Positions 26,497 through 38,657 are shown, numbered from the stretch's first letter. The stretch: 64,000 nucleotides of DNA from an uncultured Bdellovibrionales bacterium (GCA_964609855.1 CAZSTB010000007.1:94-64093); one strand, 5' to 3'. A program made the numbers and translations. Notes: generated by a model not told the origin, from the sequence alone.

Positions 26497-27210
26497 TTAG
26501 ATAAATTTCTCAATAACATCCCTTGCACGTTCCAAGTCCTCCGGATTTCCAATCGGAAACCACCCGCTAGATTTTTCAATCTTAATTGGAAAATCTTTTG
26601 CCATCGAAACTATGGTTTGAGGCAGGCCATATTCGCGCTCATTTATTGCAACCAAGGGATAATCAAAAAACTTTTTATTTAATTTATAAAGCCCAATATT
26701 TGCCAAAGCTGGTCCTGCAATTTCCGGCTTTTCAATTATCTCCAAAAGATTTCCTTTCGCATCTAAATATATTATTCCAAATTTTGTTGAGTCTTCAACT
26801 TCCAGCGCCAAAATTCCAAGGTCATGCTTTAAAATCTTACTTATATCATTTTTAATGTATAGATCATCGCCCATCATTACCAGAAAATCATCCTTGATCA
26901 TATCCCGAACCAGCTGGACGGCGCCTCCAGTTCCATTAAGCTCAGACTGAACAACATAGGAAATTTTTCTTCCCGCATGAGAGTCCCCGAAATATTGCTG
27001 GATTTGGTTACCTAAATAACCAATCACAAAAATCACCTCATCAATTTCCCTGGGAAGTGCTTCCAACTTATAAGCCAAAATTGGCTTACCATTTATTTCA
27101 AGCATGGGCTTGGGAACATCGTCTGTCAGATCTTTCATGCGAGTTCCACGGCCAGCCGCTAAGATGACTAATTGCATTTTATTTTCGTAATTTAGTATTA
27201 AAGTAGTCAA
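26497..27210 (-). CDS. Sugar-phosphate nucleotidyltransferase (NTP_transferase family)
   Basis: 237 aa; 'LAAGRGTRMKDLTDDVPKPML' G-x-G-T-R motif. Confidence 0.8.
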   Translation of the reverse strand: MTTLILNYENKMQLVILAAGRGTRMKDLTDDVPKPMLEINGKPILAYKLEALPREIDEVIFVIGYLGNQIQQYFGDSHAGRKISYVVQSELNGTGGAVQLVRDMIKDDFLVMMGDDLYIKNDISKILKHDLGILALEVEDSTKFGIIYLDAKGNLLEIIEKPEIAGPALANIGLYKLNKKFFDYPLVAINEREYGLPQTIVSMAKDFPIKIEKSSGWFPIGNPEDLERARDVIEKFI

Positions 27211-27555
27211 AAATTTTTATTTCCACATTTCTTTTTCCGCAAAAGAAACCTGGAGGAAAGAAAACTCTCGCACCAGTTGCGTGCTGTCAAAATTGCGACG
27301 CTCGACAGCTAAAATTCCTAACCGCCTCCGCAATTTTTGAAAATTGCTCCGCGAAGTAATTTTTACGCTCTCTCACTGCAATTTTGAAACGCACTCCACA
27401 GTGCGAATTCAGAATGCAAAATACGAAAGTGAAGTGAGGATGATTTTTCTTTTTTCACTATAAACAAGATTCCTTGGCGTTAAATTTTCAAAGGTTGCAA
27501 TTGTTTTTCGGTGATAAAAAGAAAAAGGCATCCGAGCAAATTTCAACAAAAACCA

Positions 27556-30108
27556 CTACGCAACCACAATATTGATAAGCTTTCCTGGGACAAAGATAAT
27601 CTTTTTTATTTCCTTACCATCAGTAAAAACTCTCACCTTTTCATTTTCAAGTGCAGTTTCTTTGATCTCATCCTCTGTCACATCTGCGGCCACCATTAGG
27701 CGCTCGCGGACTTTCCCATTGATTTGAACAACCATTTCAATTTCCTCATCTCTCAAAAAATCCGGGTCTGCCTTAGGCCAAGATTGCAAGAAAATTGATT
27801 CCTTATGTTCAAGAAGTTCCTGCCAAATCTCTTCTGCAATATGTGGTGCAAACGGCGCCAACATAATCAAAAATTTTTCAAAATCATCAATAGTTATAAG
27901 TGTTATAGATTTAGATTCACTACCAGTTTTTATAAAATCGTTTTCGTCACCTTGATCAATCATATAAAAGCCATTTCGCAAAATCATCAACTGACTCACA
28001 GCCGTATTAAACCTAAAATTCTCAATGTCACTTGTAACTTTTTTGATGGTTTTATTTAATAAAACTTTTAACGAAGTAGGAGTGGGTCCTTTGTTGGAAT
28101 TCCAGGCATCAATATTAAGCCATAATTTAAACCATTCTGGATCTCGCTCTTTGTCTCTAGTAACAAATTCAAATATCCTGTCTAAAAACCTTTTCAGTCC
28201 GATTATGTTCTGAGTATTCCATGCCTTGCTTTCTTCAAGAGGACCCATGAACATCTCATACAACCTGAGTGCGTCGGCGCCGAATTCAGCCACAACTTCA
28301 TCAGGATTCACAACGTTTCCCAGTGATTTTGACATCTTTCTTCCATCAGCAGCCATAATCATTCCCTGATGTCGAAGTTTCAAAAATGGTTCATCAAAAT
28401 TGACATAGCCAAATTTTTTCAAAGCCTTCGTGAAGAAACGTGCATACAAAAGATGAAGAACTGTGTGCTCAGCTCCTCCCATATACAAATCAACAGGCAT
28501 CCATTTCTCGATGTTTTCCTTAGCTGCAAATTCTTTTTTATTTTTCGGATCAGCAAATCTCAAATAATACCATGACGAACAAACGAAAGTATCCATCGTA
28601 TCTGACTCTCGCCTTGCCTGACCTCCACAATTTGGACATTTCACATCATGGAAAGTTTTGGAATTTACAAGCGGAGATTCACCTGTAGGTTTGAAATCAA
28701 CATCAGTCGGAAGCATTACTGGAAGATTTTCTTCTTTTTCCGCAACCTCTCCGCATTTGTCACAATAAATAATCGGAATAGGAGCTCCCCAATATCTTTG
28801 ACGTGAAACCAGCCAATCGCGAAGACGATAATTTATTTTTTTCTTTCCAAGCCCTTCTTTTTCCAACCATTCCCCCATTTTCAATCGAGCATCAGCTGAA
28901 CTCAATTCTGTGTAATCTCCGGAAGCTATCAATATACCATCTTCCGTGAATGCCCCATTTGAAATTTCTCCGCCGGAAATCACTTCCTTGATATTAAGAT
29001 TATATTTTTTGGCAAATTCAAAATCTCTTTCATCATGAGCCGGAACCGCCATAACTGCGCCTGTTCCATATTGGCTAAGAACATAGTCGGCCACGAATAA
29101 TGCTACCTCTCCACCGTTGAACGGATTGGTCACTTTCACACCCTGCAGTTCAACGCCAGTTTTTTCTTTGGCCTCCATTCTCTCCAAGTCTGTTTTCTTT
29201 TTAGCGCCTTCCAAATATTTTTCAACTTCAGCAAAATTCATGATTTTCCCTTTCAATTCCTGAATCAGCTTATGTTCAGGAGAAAGCACCACATATGTTA
29301 TTCCATATGCGGTATCGATACGAGTTGTGTATACTTCGACAAATTTATCATCTCCGATTATTTGCATCTTAAACTCAACACCTTCACTTTTTCCGATCCA
29401 GTTTTTCTGCGCAAGCTTGGTTGAACTCGGCCAATCAATTCCATCCAAGCCACTTATAAGACCCGCTACTTTTCCATTCTCACTTTCTTGGTCCTCGATA
29501 AAATCTGTGATTTTGAAAAACCATTGCGCTAAATCCTTTTGGACAACTTGATTTTTGCAGCGTTCGCAAGCACCATCCACCACTTGCTCATTAGCGAGCA
29601 CAGTCATGCAAGAATCGCACCAATTAACCTTGGCTTTTTTCTTATATGCCAAACCATTCTTGTACAGAAATAAGAAAAACCATTGTGTCCATTTGTAATA
29701 TTCAGGACTTGAAGTGTCAATCTCTCGAGACCAATCATAGGAGAGTCCCAAGCTGCCGATTTGCTTGGTGAAATTCTTGATGTTCTGATGCGTTGTTTCG
29801 TTTGGATGAGTTCCATTTTTGATAGCAAAATTTTCCGCCGGAAGACCGAAAGCATCCCAACCAATCGGATGAAGCACATTGAAACCAGAAAGTCTTTTGA
29901 AGCGAGAATAAATATCTGTTGCCGTGTAATTCTCGACGTGCCCAACATGAAGACCAGCAGCTGAAGGATATGGGAACATATCTAAACAATAAAATTTCGG
30001 CTTATCAGAATTTTCTTGAGCTTCCGACAAAGAGGCTTGACCCGACCATCTGTCCTGCCATTTCTTTTCAATGTTTTTTGGTTCGTATTTCATATAACAT
30101 ATAAACAT
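27556..30108 (-). CDS. leuS: Leucyl-tRNA synthetase
   Basis: 850 aa; HIGH 'GLHVGHVENY', KMSKS 'KMSKSLGN', LeuRS domain order. Confidence 0.95.
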   Translation of the reverse strand: MFICYMKYEPKNIEKKWQDRWSGQASLSEAQENSDKPKFYCLDMFPYPSAAGLHVGHVENYTATDIYSRFKRLSGFNVLHPIGWDAFGLPAENFAIKNGTHPNETTHQNIKNFTKQIGSLGLSYDWSREIDTSSPEYYKWTQWFFLFLYKNGLAYKKKAKVNWCDSCMTVLANEQVVDGACERCKNQVVQKDLAQWFFKITDFIEDQESENGKVAGLISGLDGIDWPSSTKLAQKNWIGKSEGVEFKMQIIGDDKFVEVYTTRIDTAYGITYVVLSPEHKLIQELKGKIMNFAEVEKYLEGAKKKTDLERMEAKEKTGVELQGVKVTNPFNGGEVALFVADYVLSQYGTGAVMAVPAHDERDFEFAKKYNLNIKEVISGGEISNGAFTEDGILIASGDYTELSSADARLKMGEWLEKEGLGKKKINYRLRDWLVSRQRYWGAPIPIIYCDKCGEVAEKEENLPVMLPTDVDFKPTGESPLVNSKTFHDVKCPNCGGQARRESDTMDTFVCSSWYYLRFADPKNKKEFAAKENIEKWMPVDLYMGGAEHTVLHLLYARFFTKALKKFGYVNFDEPFLKLRHQGMIMAADGRKMSKSLGNVVNPDEVVAEFGADALRLYEMFMGPLEESKAWNTQNIIGLKRFLDRIFEFVTRDKERDPEWFKLWLNIDAWNSNKGPTPTSLKVLLNKTIKKVTSDIENFRFNTAVSQLMILRNGFYMIDQGDENDFIKTGSESKSITLITIDDFEKFLIMLAPFAPHIAEEIWQELLEHKESIFLQSWPKADPDFLRDEEIEMVVQINGKVRERLMVAADVTEDEIKETALENEKVRVFTDGKEIKKIIFVPGKLINIVVA

Positions 30109-30192
30109 TTAATCATATAAACATACAAGCAAGATTCATTAAAGAATCAAAATTGCTTTAACTGCTTAAATGTTCAAATGATTGAATGATTA

Positions 30193-30228
30193 AAAACCGC
30201 TTTTCTATATTTTAGCGGTTTTTCAGTG
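30193..30228. terminator. Intrinsic terminator hairpin downstream of folD
   Basis: aaaccgct-tttctatatttt-agcggttttt. Confidence 0.45.
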
Positions 30229-30252
30229 ATTTAGCAAGGAATATTTGATTTA

Positions 30253-31092
30253 TTATTCCTTTTGTTGAGCCTCAAATGCCAAGAAAACATTTTCTAAAAG
30301 ACAAGCAATAGTCACAGGTCCCACTCCACCCGGAACAGGAGTAATCCAGCCAGAAAGAGCTTCTGTTGAGCCAAAATCTACATCGCCAAACACATGTTCG
30401 CCAACCTTTTCAATCCCTCCGTCAATAATTATGGAGCCACTTTTAAACATCTGACCCCTCAAGAGCCCTGGCGAGCCCACAGCACTTACCACGACATCTG
30501 CAGCCTCAATATTCCTGAGATTCGAAAGAATCTCAGTCGCGATGAGGTATTCAGCCTCTAAACCTTTTTTGTGCAATGCGGCAACCATAATGCCACCGAA
30601 TTCCTGGGAATTAGCAATCACCACAGCTTTTTTTGCTATCAAATTTTCACCAGTACTTTCCAGAATTCTGATAATGGCACGCGGAAAAACTGGCATAATT
30701 CCGCTCTCTCCTCGTAAAAACTTTTCAGTATTTTCCAGATGAAATCCGTCTGCATCTTTTTCCGGCGCTATACTTTTCATTATTTTTTCCGTATCAAAGC
30801 GTTTCGGAAGTGGAAGTTGCACGATTATACCATTGACTATATTGTCATTATTGAATTTTTCAATTCTTTCAATAATTTCTGCTTGCGAAGTATGCTCAGC
30901 CAAATCGTAGCGGAAAAAATTCATACCAATCTCATGAGCTCTTTTCTCTTTCAAGGAAACATAAATTTGTGAAGCCTTATCATTCCCTACCAAAATTACA
31001 GCCAAGCCAGGTTTTTTCGCAGTCAAAGCAATCTCATCTTTCAAATGGGATAAAATCTTGTCCGCTACAGGTTTTCCAAAGAGTAAATTCAT
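30253..31092 (-). CDS. folD: Bifunctional methylenetetrahydrofolate dehydrogenase/cyclohydrolase
   Basis: 279 aa; 'ILVGNDKASQIYV..K' and 'PGGVGP' FolD motifs. Confidence 0.9.
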   Translation of the reverse strand: MNLLFGKPVADKILSHLKDEIALTAKKPGLAVILVGNDKASQIYVSLKEKRAHEIGMNFFRYDLAEHTSQAEIIERIEKFNNDNIVNGIIVQLPLPKRFDTEKIMKSIAPEKDADGFHLENTEKFLRGESGIMPVFPRAIIRILESTGENLIAKKAVVIANSQEFGGIMVAALHKKGLEAEYLIATEILSNLRNIEAADVVVSAVGSPGLLRGQMFKSGSIIIDGGIEKVGEHVFGDVDFGSTEALSGWITPVPGGVGPVTIACLLENVFLAFEAQQKE

Positions 31093-31294
31093 ATATACCG
31101 AGTATTAATATTGCTCAATAAACTATACACACAAATGAATTTTGAAGCAACATTTTGCACCTTAATAAATTCACAATGCTCAATTTTCAATTTGCAGTGA
31201 ATTTTGAAAATTTATTGAAAATTGTGAATATTGAAAATTGTGAATTTTGCCTAAGCTTATCCAAAGGGAAGAAAATTGAAAATTCTTGTAAGTC

Positions 31295-32533
31295 CTACTT
31301 GTATCTGAGCGCGTCCAAAGGATCAATTTTACTGGCTCTACGAGCTGGAACATAACCGGTCATGAATCCCACAACGCCTGAGAAACCCAAGATCGCCAAC
31401 ACGAACCAGAGTGGCGAATAGAACAAACTGACACTTTGTCCCCCAAAACGCGTGGCAACCAAATTTATTGCAGTGTTAAATACCAAACCTCCAAGCCAGC
31501 CGATCGTCACACCCATACATCCTCCCAAAAATCCCATAATTGCGGACTCCATAAAAAACATCACGGATATGGAAAGATCCGAAGCCCCAATTGATTTCAT
31601 AATTCCAATCTCTTCCGTTCTCTCAAGGAGCGTGATAGTCATAGTGTTAAACATACCGATTGCGGAAACCACTAAAGCAATAATTCCGAAGAGCATCAAG
31701 ATTATCTGCACAACTTTAAATATTTGATTTGCTTGATCAACTGTGTCAGAAAGCGATGAAACCAAAAGCCCATATTCCAAAATCGTATCTCGAATCAAAC
31801 CCATCTCCCCATTGGAGCTTGTTTTTACTTTAACCTGACCATAGCGATCAATCCCTAAATCATCAAGTGATGAGGCATTAATATATACGATATTATCTTC
31901 ACCATCAATGACGCCAGTGATTATATATTTACGTTGACTATCAACCCTACTAAATTCACTTTCTGCTTGAGCATCGCTATCTTCTGCTGCTTCAGGGTTA
32001 GCAATTTCAACAGATTCGGCCCTAGGCACAAAGAACGAAAATGACATCTCCTTTCCCATCATTTCGTCTACTGTTTTACCAAAAACTTGTGCCACCGCGC
32101 TACTAATTACGATGCCATTTTGATTATCCTCGCTCAATAGATTTCCTTTACTTGGCTTAAATCCACCAAGTTTCAAAAAAGATGGTTTCGAACCTATGGT
32201 AACCAAATCCGCAGAAAGATCCTCCAAATGACCCTGTGTGGTAATCTGGAAAGCAGGACTCACCTCTTCGACGCCAGACATGACCTCGATCTTCTTTATC
32301 ATTTCCTTATTCAGGGTAACTATTCCTGATTTTGCCTCCGAAATATCCAGAGTTAAAAGTGAATCTGAAGTTGTAATCTTTTCAAGCAAAGTTTTTTGCA
32401 GACCATATCCAAGCGAAACCAGAAATAAAATCGCACCAATACCGATACTCATACCAAGCACAGTTAAAAGCGTACGCGAGGTTCGCGCTTTAAACATGCG
32501 GGTTGATAATTTAAATAAGTCTACAAATTTCAT
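31295..32533 (-). CDS. ABC transporter permease, FtsX/MacB-like
   Basis: 412 aa; N-terminal TM, large periplasmic domain, C-terminal 3-TM FtsX domain. Confidence 0.8.
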   Translation of the reverse strand: MKFVDLFKLSTRMFKARTSRTLLTVLGMSIGIGAILFLVSLGYGLQKTLLEKITTSDSLLTLDISEAKSGIVTLNKEMIKKIEVMSGVEEVSPAFQITTQGHLEDLSADLVTIGSKPSFLKLGGFKPSKGNLLSEDNQNGIVISSAVAQVFGKTVDEMMGKEMSFSFFVPRAESVEIANPEAAEDSDAQAESEFSRVDSQRKYIITGVIDGEDNIVYINASSLDDLGIDRYGQVKVKTSSNGEMGLIRDTILEYGLLVSSLSDTVDQANQIFKVVQIILMLFGIIALVVSAIGMFNTMTITLLERTEEIGIMKSIGASDLSISVMFFMESAIMGFLGGCMGVTIGWLGGLVFNTAINLVATRFGGQSVSLFYSPLWFVLAILGFSGVVGFMTGYVPARRASKIDPLDALRYK

Positions 32534-32573
32534 AGTATATAGTTCAATTTCTAATTTTCAAACTCCTGAACGC

Positions 32574-33884
32574 CTATGCTGAATATTTTAAAAGCATAAC
32601 AAGTTCAACTTCTCGCACGACTTTTTCAGCAGTTCCCTTGTATAACCCCACGCCACCTAGAGATTTAGGAGCATCCAGCCTTTGTTGCAGACCAAATCTG
32701 TCTATTTTATTTTCTATACGCAGCTTAATAAACGACCTAAAGCGTAAAAGAACATCGTCATCAAATTTCAAATGATGCGTATCGGAAAGATAGTTTGAAA
32801 ATTCAACCAATGCAGTTTCCTGTTCACTATTTAGAATTTCAGTCTGCTTCATGATTCGATTCACTCTTTCAGTAAATGTCCGCGCTCTCAACTTGTTCCA
32901 GCCCGCACCACCTTTATCAAAATCTAAATCTAATTTCTCACTTAAACTACTGCTATCGATATTTTTAAATAAAAATTCTTTCAAAAGATTTTCAGCGGTT
33001 CCTACCTGCTCCTCACTAAGTTCAGAGAGTACATGCGAAAGCAGTTGCTTAGCCTTGAAAGGAATAAGCAGCACACCAACTTGCTGCAAGGAAAGATTTT
33101 TAAATGTTCGCATCAGCAACTTCAATTCTCCTGAAATTTCCTCTGGAGTAGCAGCTATCTCTTCTTTCAAAGCTTCTTTTGGACGCTTATCATGATTGAT
33201 TTCCTCACTAACTTTCTTACCATCTTTCATATGGATGATTCTATCAGCATAAACAAGATGTTCAGGATTATGCGTAACCATTATCAGTGTCTTTTTATCT
33301 GTGCCATTAATCTCCTTGAAAATATCCAGTACATTCTGGGCAGATTCACTGTCAAGATTTCCCACTGGTTCATCAGCAAGAATGATATCAGGATTATTCA
33401 CCAATGCTCTCGCAATCGAAACGCGCTGCTTCTGTCCTCCAGAAAGTTGCGCCGGGAAGCGGTCAGCTTGTTCAGAAATACCAAAACGTCTCAATAGGTC
33501 CATTGCTTTCGCTCGTCGCTCTATTAAACCCTCTCCGCGAAAAACTTTAGGCAAGCAAACATTATCCAAAACTGTTAACGTTTCAATCAAATAAAAAGCC
33601 TGGAAAACCATCCCGATACTGGTTTGATGAAACTCAACTTTTTCGCGCTTCGACATTTGTGCCAGATTTTTTCCTTGCACAACCACGTCTCCGTATGAAG
33701 GCGCCTGCAATCCCGAAATACCATAAAGTAATGTTGACTTTCCACAGCCGGACGGACCATAGATGATTATATATTCTTCAGGATAAATTTCCACACTAAC
33801 ACCGTCCAATGAACGTACTTCATTGGACTTTCCCTTGTTATAAATAACCCTTAATTGATCAACTTTTATGCACGGTTCAACCAT
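32574..33884 (-). CDS. ABC transporter ATP-binding protein (MacB-type) with ~200 aa C-terminal extension
   Basis: 436 aa; Walker A 'GPSGCGKST', signature 'LSGGQKQRVSIARAL', Walker B 'ILADEP'. Confidence 0.85.
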   Translation of the reverse strand: MVEPCIKVDQLRVIYNKGKSNEVRSLDGVSVEIYPEEYIIIYGPSGCGKSTLLYGISGLQAPSYGDVVVQGKNLAQMSKREKVEFHQTSIGMVFQAFYLIETLTVLDNVCLPKVFRGEGLIERRAKAMDLLRRFGISEQADRFPAQLSGGQKQRVSIARALVNNPDIILADEPVGNLDSESAQNVLDIFKEINGTDKKTLIMVTHNPEHLVYADRIIHMKDGKKVSEEINHDKRPKEALKEEIAATPEEISGELKLLMRTFKNLSLQQVGVLLIPFKAKQLLSHVLSELSEEQVGTAENLLKEFLFKNIDSSSLSEKLDLDFDKGGAGWNKLRARTFTERVNRIMKQTEILNSEQETALVEFSNYLSDTHHLKFDDDVLLRFRSFIKLRIENKIDRFGLQQRLDAPKSLGGVGLYKGTAEKVVREVELVMLLKYSA

Positions 33885-34106
33885 TTTTATTTATTTTCTT
33901 TTTATTTGTTTTGTTTTTATTAAATTGAATCACAACTAGATTCAACAGCAATAATTTATTTAATAATAACATAGAAATCCAAATCTGAACAGCTGATATT
34001 CCTCTAAAATAAACTCGGAACATTTTCAACCAATGAATGCAAAAAATCCACTCACGAGAAGTATCATGAGTGGATAAAGTCAGGAATTCTGCCAAAAACC
34101 TAAGTC

Positions 34107-34403
34107 CTATAAACTAAAGAGCTCTTTAAACATTTTATTAAATTCTCGAAGCTTTTTAGTATTCACGCTGTAGTGACGGAAAGTCCCTTCGCGTTTTTCA
34201 TTCAATAGGTCCATAGCTTTAAGCTTGGAAATATGATGTGAAGTTAGATTTTGCGGAAGCTTAAGCTTGTTGTGGATATCTGTAACATTCATTGTTCCAT
34301 TGCCCAAAACAAACAATATCCTCAAACGGTTCACGTCAGAAACCGTCTTTAAGAAATTGTTTACTTGCACAAAATTTGCACCTTCTGTAACTTGTTTTGC
34401 CAT
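34107..34403 (-). CDS. ArsR/SmtB-family transcriptional regulator
   Basis: 98 aa; 'DVNRLRILFVL..G.MNVTDI...L.Q..SHHISKLK..L' wHTH. Confidence 0.8.
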   Translation of the reverse strand: MAKQVTEGANFVQVNNFLKTVSDVNRLRILFVLGNGTMNVTDIHNKLKLPQNLTSHHISKLKAMDLLNEKREGTFRHYSVNTKKLREFNKMFKELFSL

Positions 34404-34707
34404 TTGTTTTTATGATTCGAATCTACGAATGTAATCGATTCCGATACTGGAATCGGATGGAATTCGTATCATTCGCATCAAATTATTAATTATTCCTCAA
34501 CTTAAGGAGTTTTTGATAAATAGTAATTATTAAAATTGCCAAAAACTTACCCATCATGTTTATACGCCGTATACATATTTATTCTTTCAACATCAATACA
34601 ATCCGCACTGTTGGATTCTGCAAAATACTTGCCTAATAGCATTCCGGATAACTAAAATTCTGGCTGCGCCAGAATTTTAATAAATAAATGATATTTTTAA
34701 TTCGATA

Positions 34708-35883
<1,176 letters not shown>

Positions 35884-35939
35884 CTATCCTATTGTACACG
35901 TAAAAAACTACTTGTAAACACTCAACTTATTTTTAGATA

Positions 35940-37850
35940 CTATCTTGCTACTTTTCCATTTGCATATCCAACTGCTGAGTCTTCAGCTAATTGCGTATCT
36001 TTAGCCTCACCTTGAAGTACGATATCCTTGTTAATGAAGCCATCCTTAGCTACGAAAGAAGATTTGCCTAGAAGTTGAATAGGCTGACCAACTTGGTTTA
36101 TCTGTGGAGTTACACCCACCTGAAAAATAATTTCACGCGGCGGCATTAAAATCCCACTTCCTGCAATTACATCTCCCGCATCCCAAACAAGTTGGTTAGT
36201 CCTTTCATTATAACTGATTTTATCATTAAGTGGGAAAATTTTTCCAGTCCATCGCACACCTGATGGTAATGAGCCCATCACTTTAACATCTTTTATATCA
36301 TTAGAAATGTTTGTTATCAGCCAATGCAACGTGAAAGTGGTTTCTGTGCCGACAACCATCGGAATAGGTCCAGTATTTGGAATTTTTGTATCATTATAAT
36401 AGCCTCTTGATTCAAAAAGCACTTTCGATGCAAGCCTTAATTCCATTCTATCAGTATCGATAATCTTATTGGAATCGATCGGAGTAGGAATATCTGGTGA
36501 ATCAATTTTTGCAATCGAAGAAACTATGAAATTTTTATCCAATTTGTTTTCTATCACAATAATATCTTTAACAGGAATAGAAAATAAAACACTTCCACCT
36601 GTCTTAGGCGCGATATTTGCAAGACCGGGAGCATCTGATGCTTTCCAAGTTATAAGACCCTTGGCTGCATCAAAAGAACCTCCTGAAGTTTGAATCTTGG
36701 AAAAATCCAATATTTCTCCCTTAATTTCTGCAGAAATAATCGCATCCCTCAACCCGATATCACCGGTATTGTAATAAGAAATCTTATATTTTAAAATTTC
36801 TCCTGCAGCAATATTATTATCAGATCGTCCCTCCAAAGACTGCTTCACGTCAAGGACTGGGGTGACAATAAGAGTGTTTTGCTCCTGCTTATTGAACACA
36901 ATAAATTCACCACTTTGACCCATGCGACCAAGAGAGGCAGTTATCTGCTTAGTTTCGCCATTTTCTCCATTAATTTGACCCTGTATCTTAATCTTGCCTG
37001 ACTGACCAGATTCTAGATTGCCCAAATACCAATAAATATCTTTCTCGGAAGGTTTTGGCTCAGCATTGTTCATCTGGAATCCTTGCGGAAAATCAATTCT
37101 GATTTGAGCGCCATTCATCTGCCTAAAATCAAGATTTTCATAATTGATTTCATATTCCATGATATCCCCGCTTACCAATTTTTGCGGCGCAGAAATATCC
37201 AAAATCACAGGTGCCGTAGCGATGTTTACGCCAATCTGATTCTCCATCTTAAGCTCACTATTTCCATTCGATGGAGTAAATAGCATTTCTACATTTAAAT
37301 AAACTGGAAAATCCTTAGGTGCATAAAAAATACCCCTCAGATCAACCTCTCCTTCACTCATCGGCTTTATATCCCCAAGAAAAATTTTACTTGCCGAAGG
37401 ACTAAGAAATTTCAAGTTTACATTATCAGTCGGCTGAAAATTCTCAGTATAATGAAGCTGAAGTATTACACCTTTAAGTGCAACTCTATTGTTATTCTTA
37501 TAATGAATTCCGTATTTTACCTGCTGAGTACTATCAGCTTCCTTAGGGCCCACAAAAGATATTTCAACGCGATCTTGATGAAAAGCATTCTTTGTCCACC
37601 AGCTATAAAAGTAAGCTCCCCCAATAGCCAAAAGAATCAAACCTAAGATTATAAGACCGATCCAGAGTTTCTTTTTTCCCGAGGGTGTTAGACCCTTTTG
37701 CGGTTGATTCCATTTTTCCTGGCCTTCAAAGGGATTAGGTGCACCACTGGGGCCAGACAAAGGATCATACTCACTGCGCTCATGTTCGCGATTAATCGCT
37801 TTATCTGCAGTCTGACTGTAAAGTTCCTTATTGAGATTATCAAGAGGCAT
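35940..37850 (-). CDS. Hypothetical membrane-anchored exported protein (636 aa, beta-rich)
   Basis: N-terminal Pro-rich cytoplasmic tail, TM helix 'LWIGLIILGLILLAIGGAYFY', long extracellular region. Confidence 0.5.
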   Translation of the reverse strand: MPLDNLNKELYSQTADKAINREHERSEYDPLSGPSGAPNPFEGQEKWNQPQKGLTPSGKKKLWIGLIILGLILLAIGGAYFYSWWTKNAFHQDRVEISFVGPKEADSTQQVKYGIHYKNNNRVALKGVILQLHYTENFQPTDNVNLKFLSPSASKIFLGDIKPMSEGEVDLRGIFYAPKDFPVYLNVEMLFTPSNGNSELKMENQIGVNIATAPVILDISAPQKLVSGDIMEYEINYENLDFRQMNGAQIRIDFPQGFQMNNAEPKPSEKDIYWYLGNLESGQSGKIKIQGQINGENGETKQITASLGRMGQSGEFIVFNKQEQNTLIVTPVLDVKQSLEGRSDNNIAAGEILKYKISYYNTGDIGLRDAIISAEIKGEILDFSKIQTSGGSFDAAKGLITWKASDAPGLANIAPKTGGSVLFSIPVKDIIVIENKLDKNFIVSSIAKIDSPDIPTPIDSNKIIDTDRMELRLASKVLFESRGYYNDTKIPNTGPIPMVVGTETTFTLHWLITNISNDIKDVKVMGSLPSGVRWTGKIFPLNDKISYNERTNQLVWDAGDVIAGSGILMPPREIIFQVGVTPQINQVGQPIQLLGKSSFVAKDGFINKDIVLQGEAKDTQLAEDSAVGYANGKVAR

Positions 37851-37937
37851 ATTTTTATATTTTATTTTTATTCTTTATAACATTATACCACGAAATAGTG
37901 CATTAAAAAAATTAAGCAAATACAGTGTGCTTTGTGC

Positions 37938-38657
37938 TTAAATATTCCACCTCAAAAATTCATCCAGCGCCAATCGCGCACTATCGCAGTCCTTACTTTC
38001 AGCATTAATTTTCTTAATCACATTCATGCGATGGGATAAAAAAAGCCTAAGCAATTTAATCGCATTCGCACCAATTGGCAGACAATTTTCTAAATTATCT
38101 TTTGAGCATTTATTGCAAAGTGTTCCACCATGCTTCGCACTGAAACTAAGAAAATTTTCAGATAACATGTTACCACAGCTTACGCAGGCTGAAACTTCTA
38201 TTGCATATCCCAAAGCATTAAGCAGCTTCGTTATGAAGGCCAGACGAAGCAAGACGTATTTCTCGGTAACCTTTTTTTGAGCACACTCATTTACCGCTTC
38301 CAGATAATCTTTCAAAATCTGAAAAACCGCAGGATCCGGATTTTCAAAATCAACCAATTTATCAAAAATTGAAAGCCCCAAGAAAGTCTCTAGCAGCGCA
38401 TCGCAATCCCGCTTTAGCTCGCTGAAGTTCTGCTCCACGATCGAGCCTGTAATTTTTCCCAAACCGCGCGTCCTAGCGATAGTGATGTCTGCCATGGTTA
38501 CATTCTCCAAGGAAGCTGCTAATTTTGCCTGAGATTTTCTCACACTTTTTGCCAAGCTTCTTATTTTTCCTCCCTCAAGAGTATAAATCGTATAAATTCG
38601 ATCCATTTCTCCAACGTTACGCTTATTCAAGATAATTCCTGTGTATTTATATTCCAT
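37938..38657 (-). CDS. recO: DNA repair protein RecO
   Basis: 239 aa; N-terminal OB fold, C-terminal 'C.SCG......C..C' zinc motif. Confidence 0.8.
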   Translation of the reverse strand: MEYKYTGIILNKRNVGEMDRIYTIYTLEGGKIRSLAKSVRKSQAKLAASLENVTMADITIARTRGLGKITGSIVEQNFSELKRDCDALLETFLGLSIFDKLVDFENPDPAVFQILKDYLEAVNECAQKKVTEKYVLLRLAFITKLLNALGYAIEVSACVSCGNMLSENFLSFSAKHGGTLCNKCSKDNLENCLPIGANAIKLLRLFLSHRMNVIKKINAESKDCDSARLALDEFLRWNI

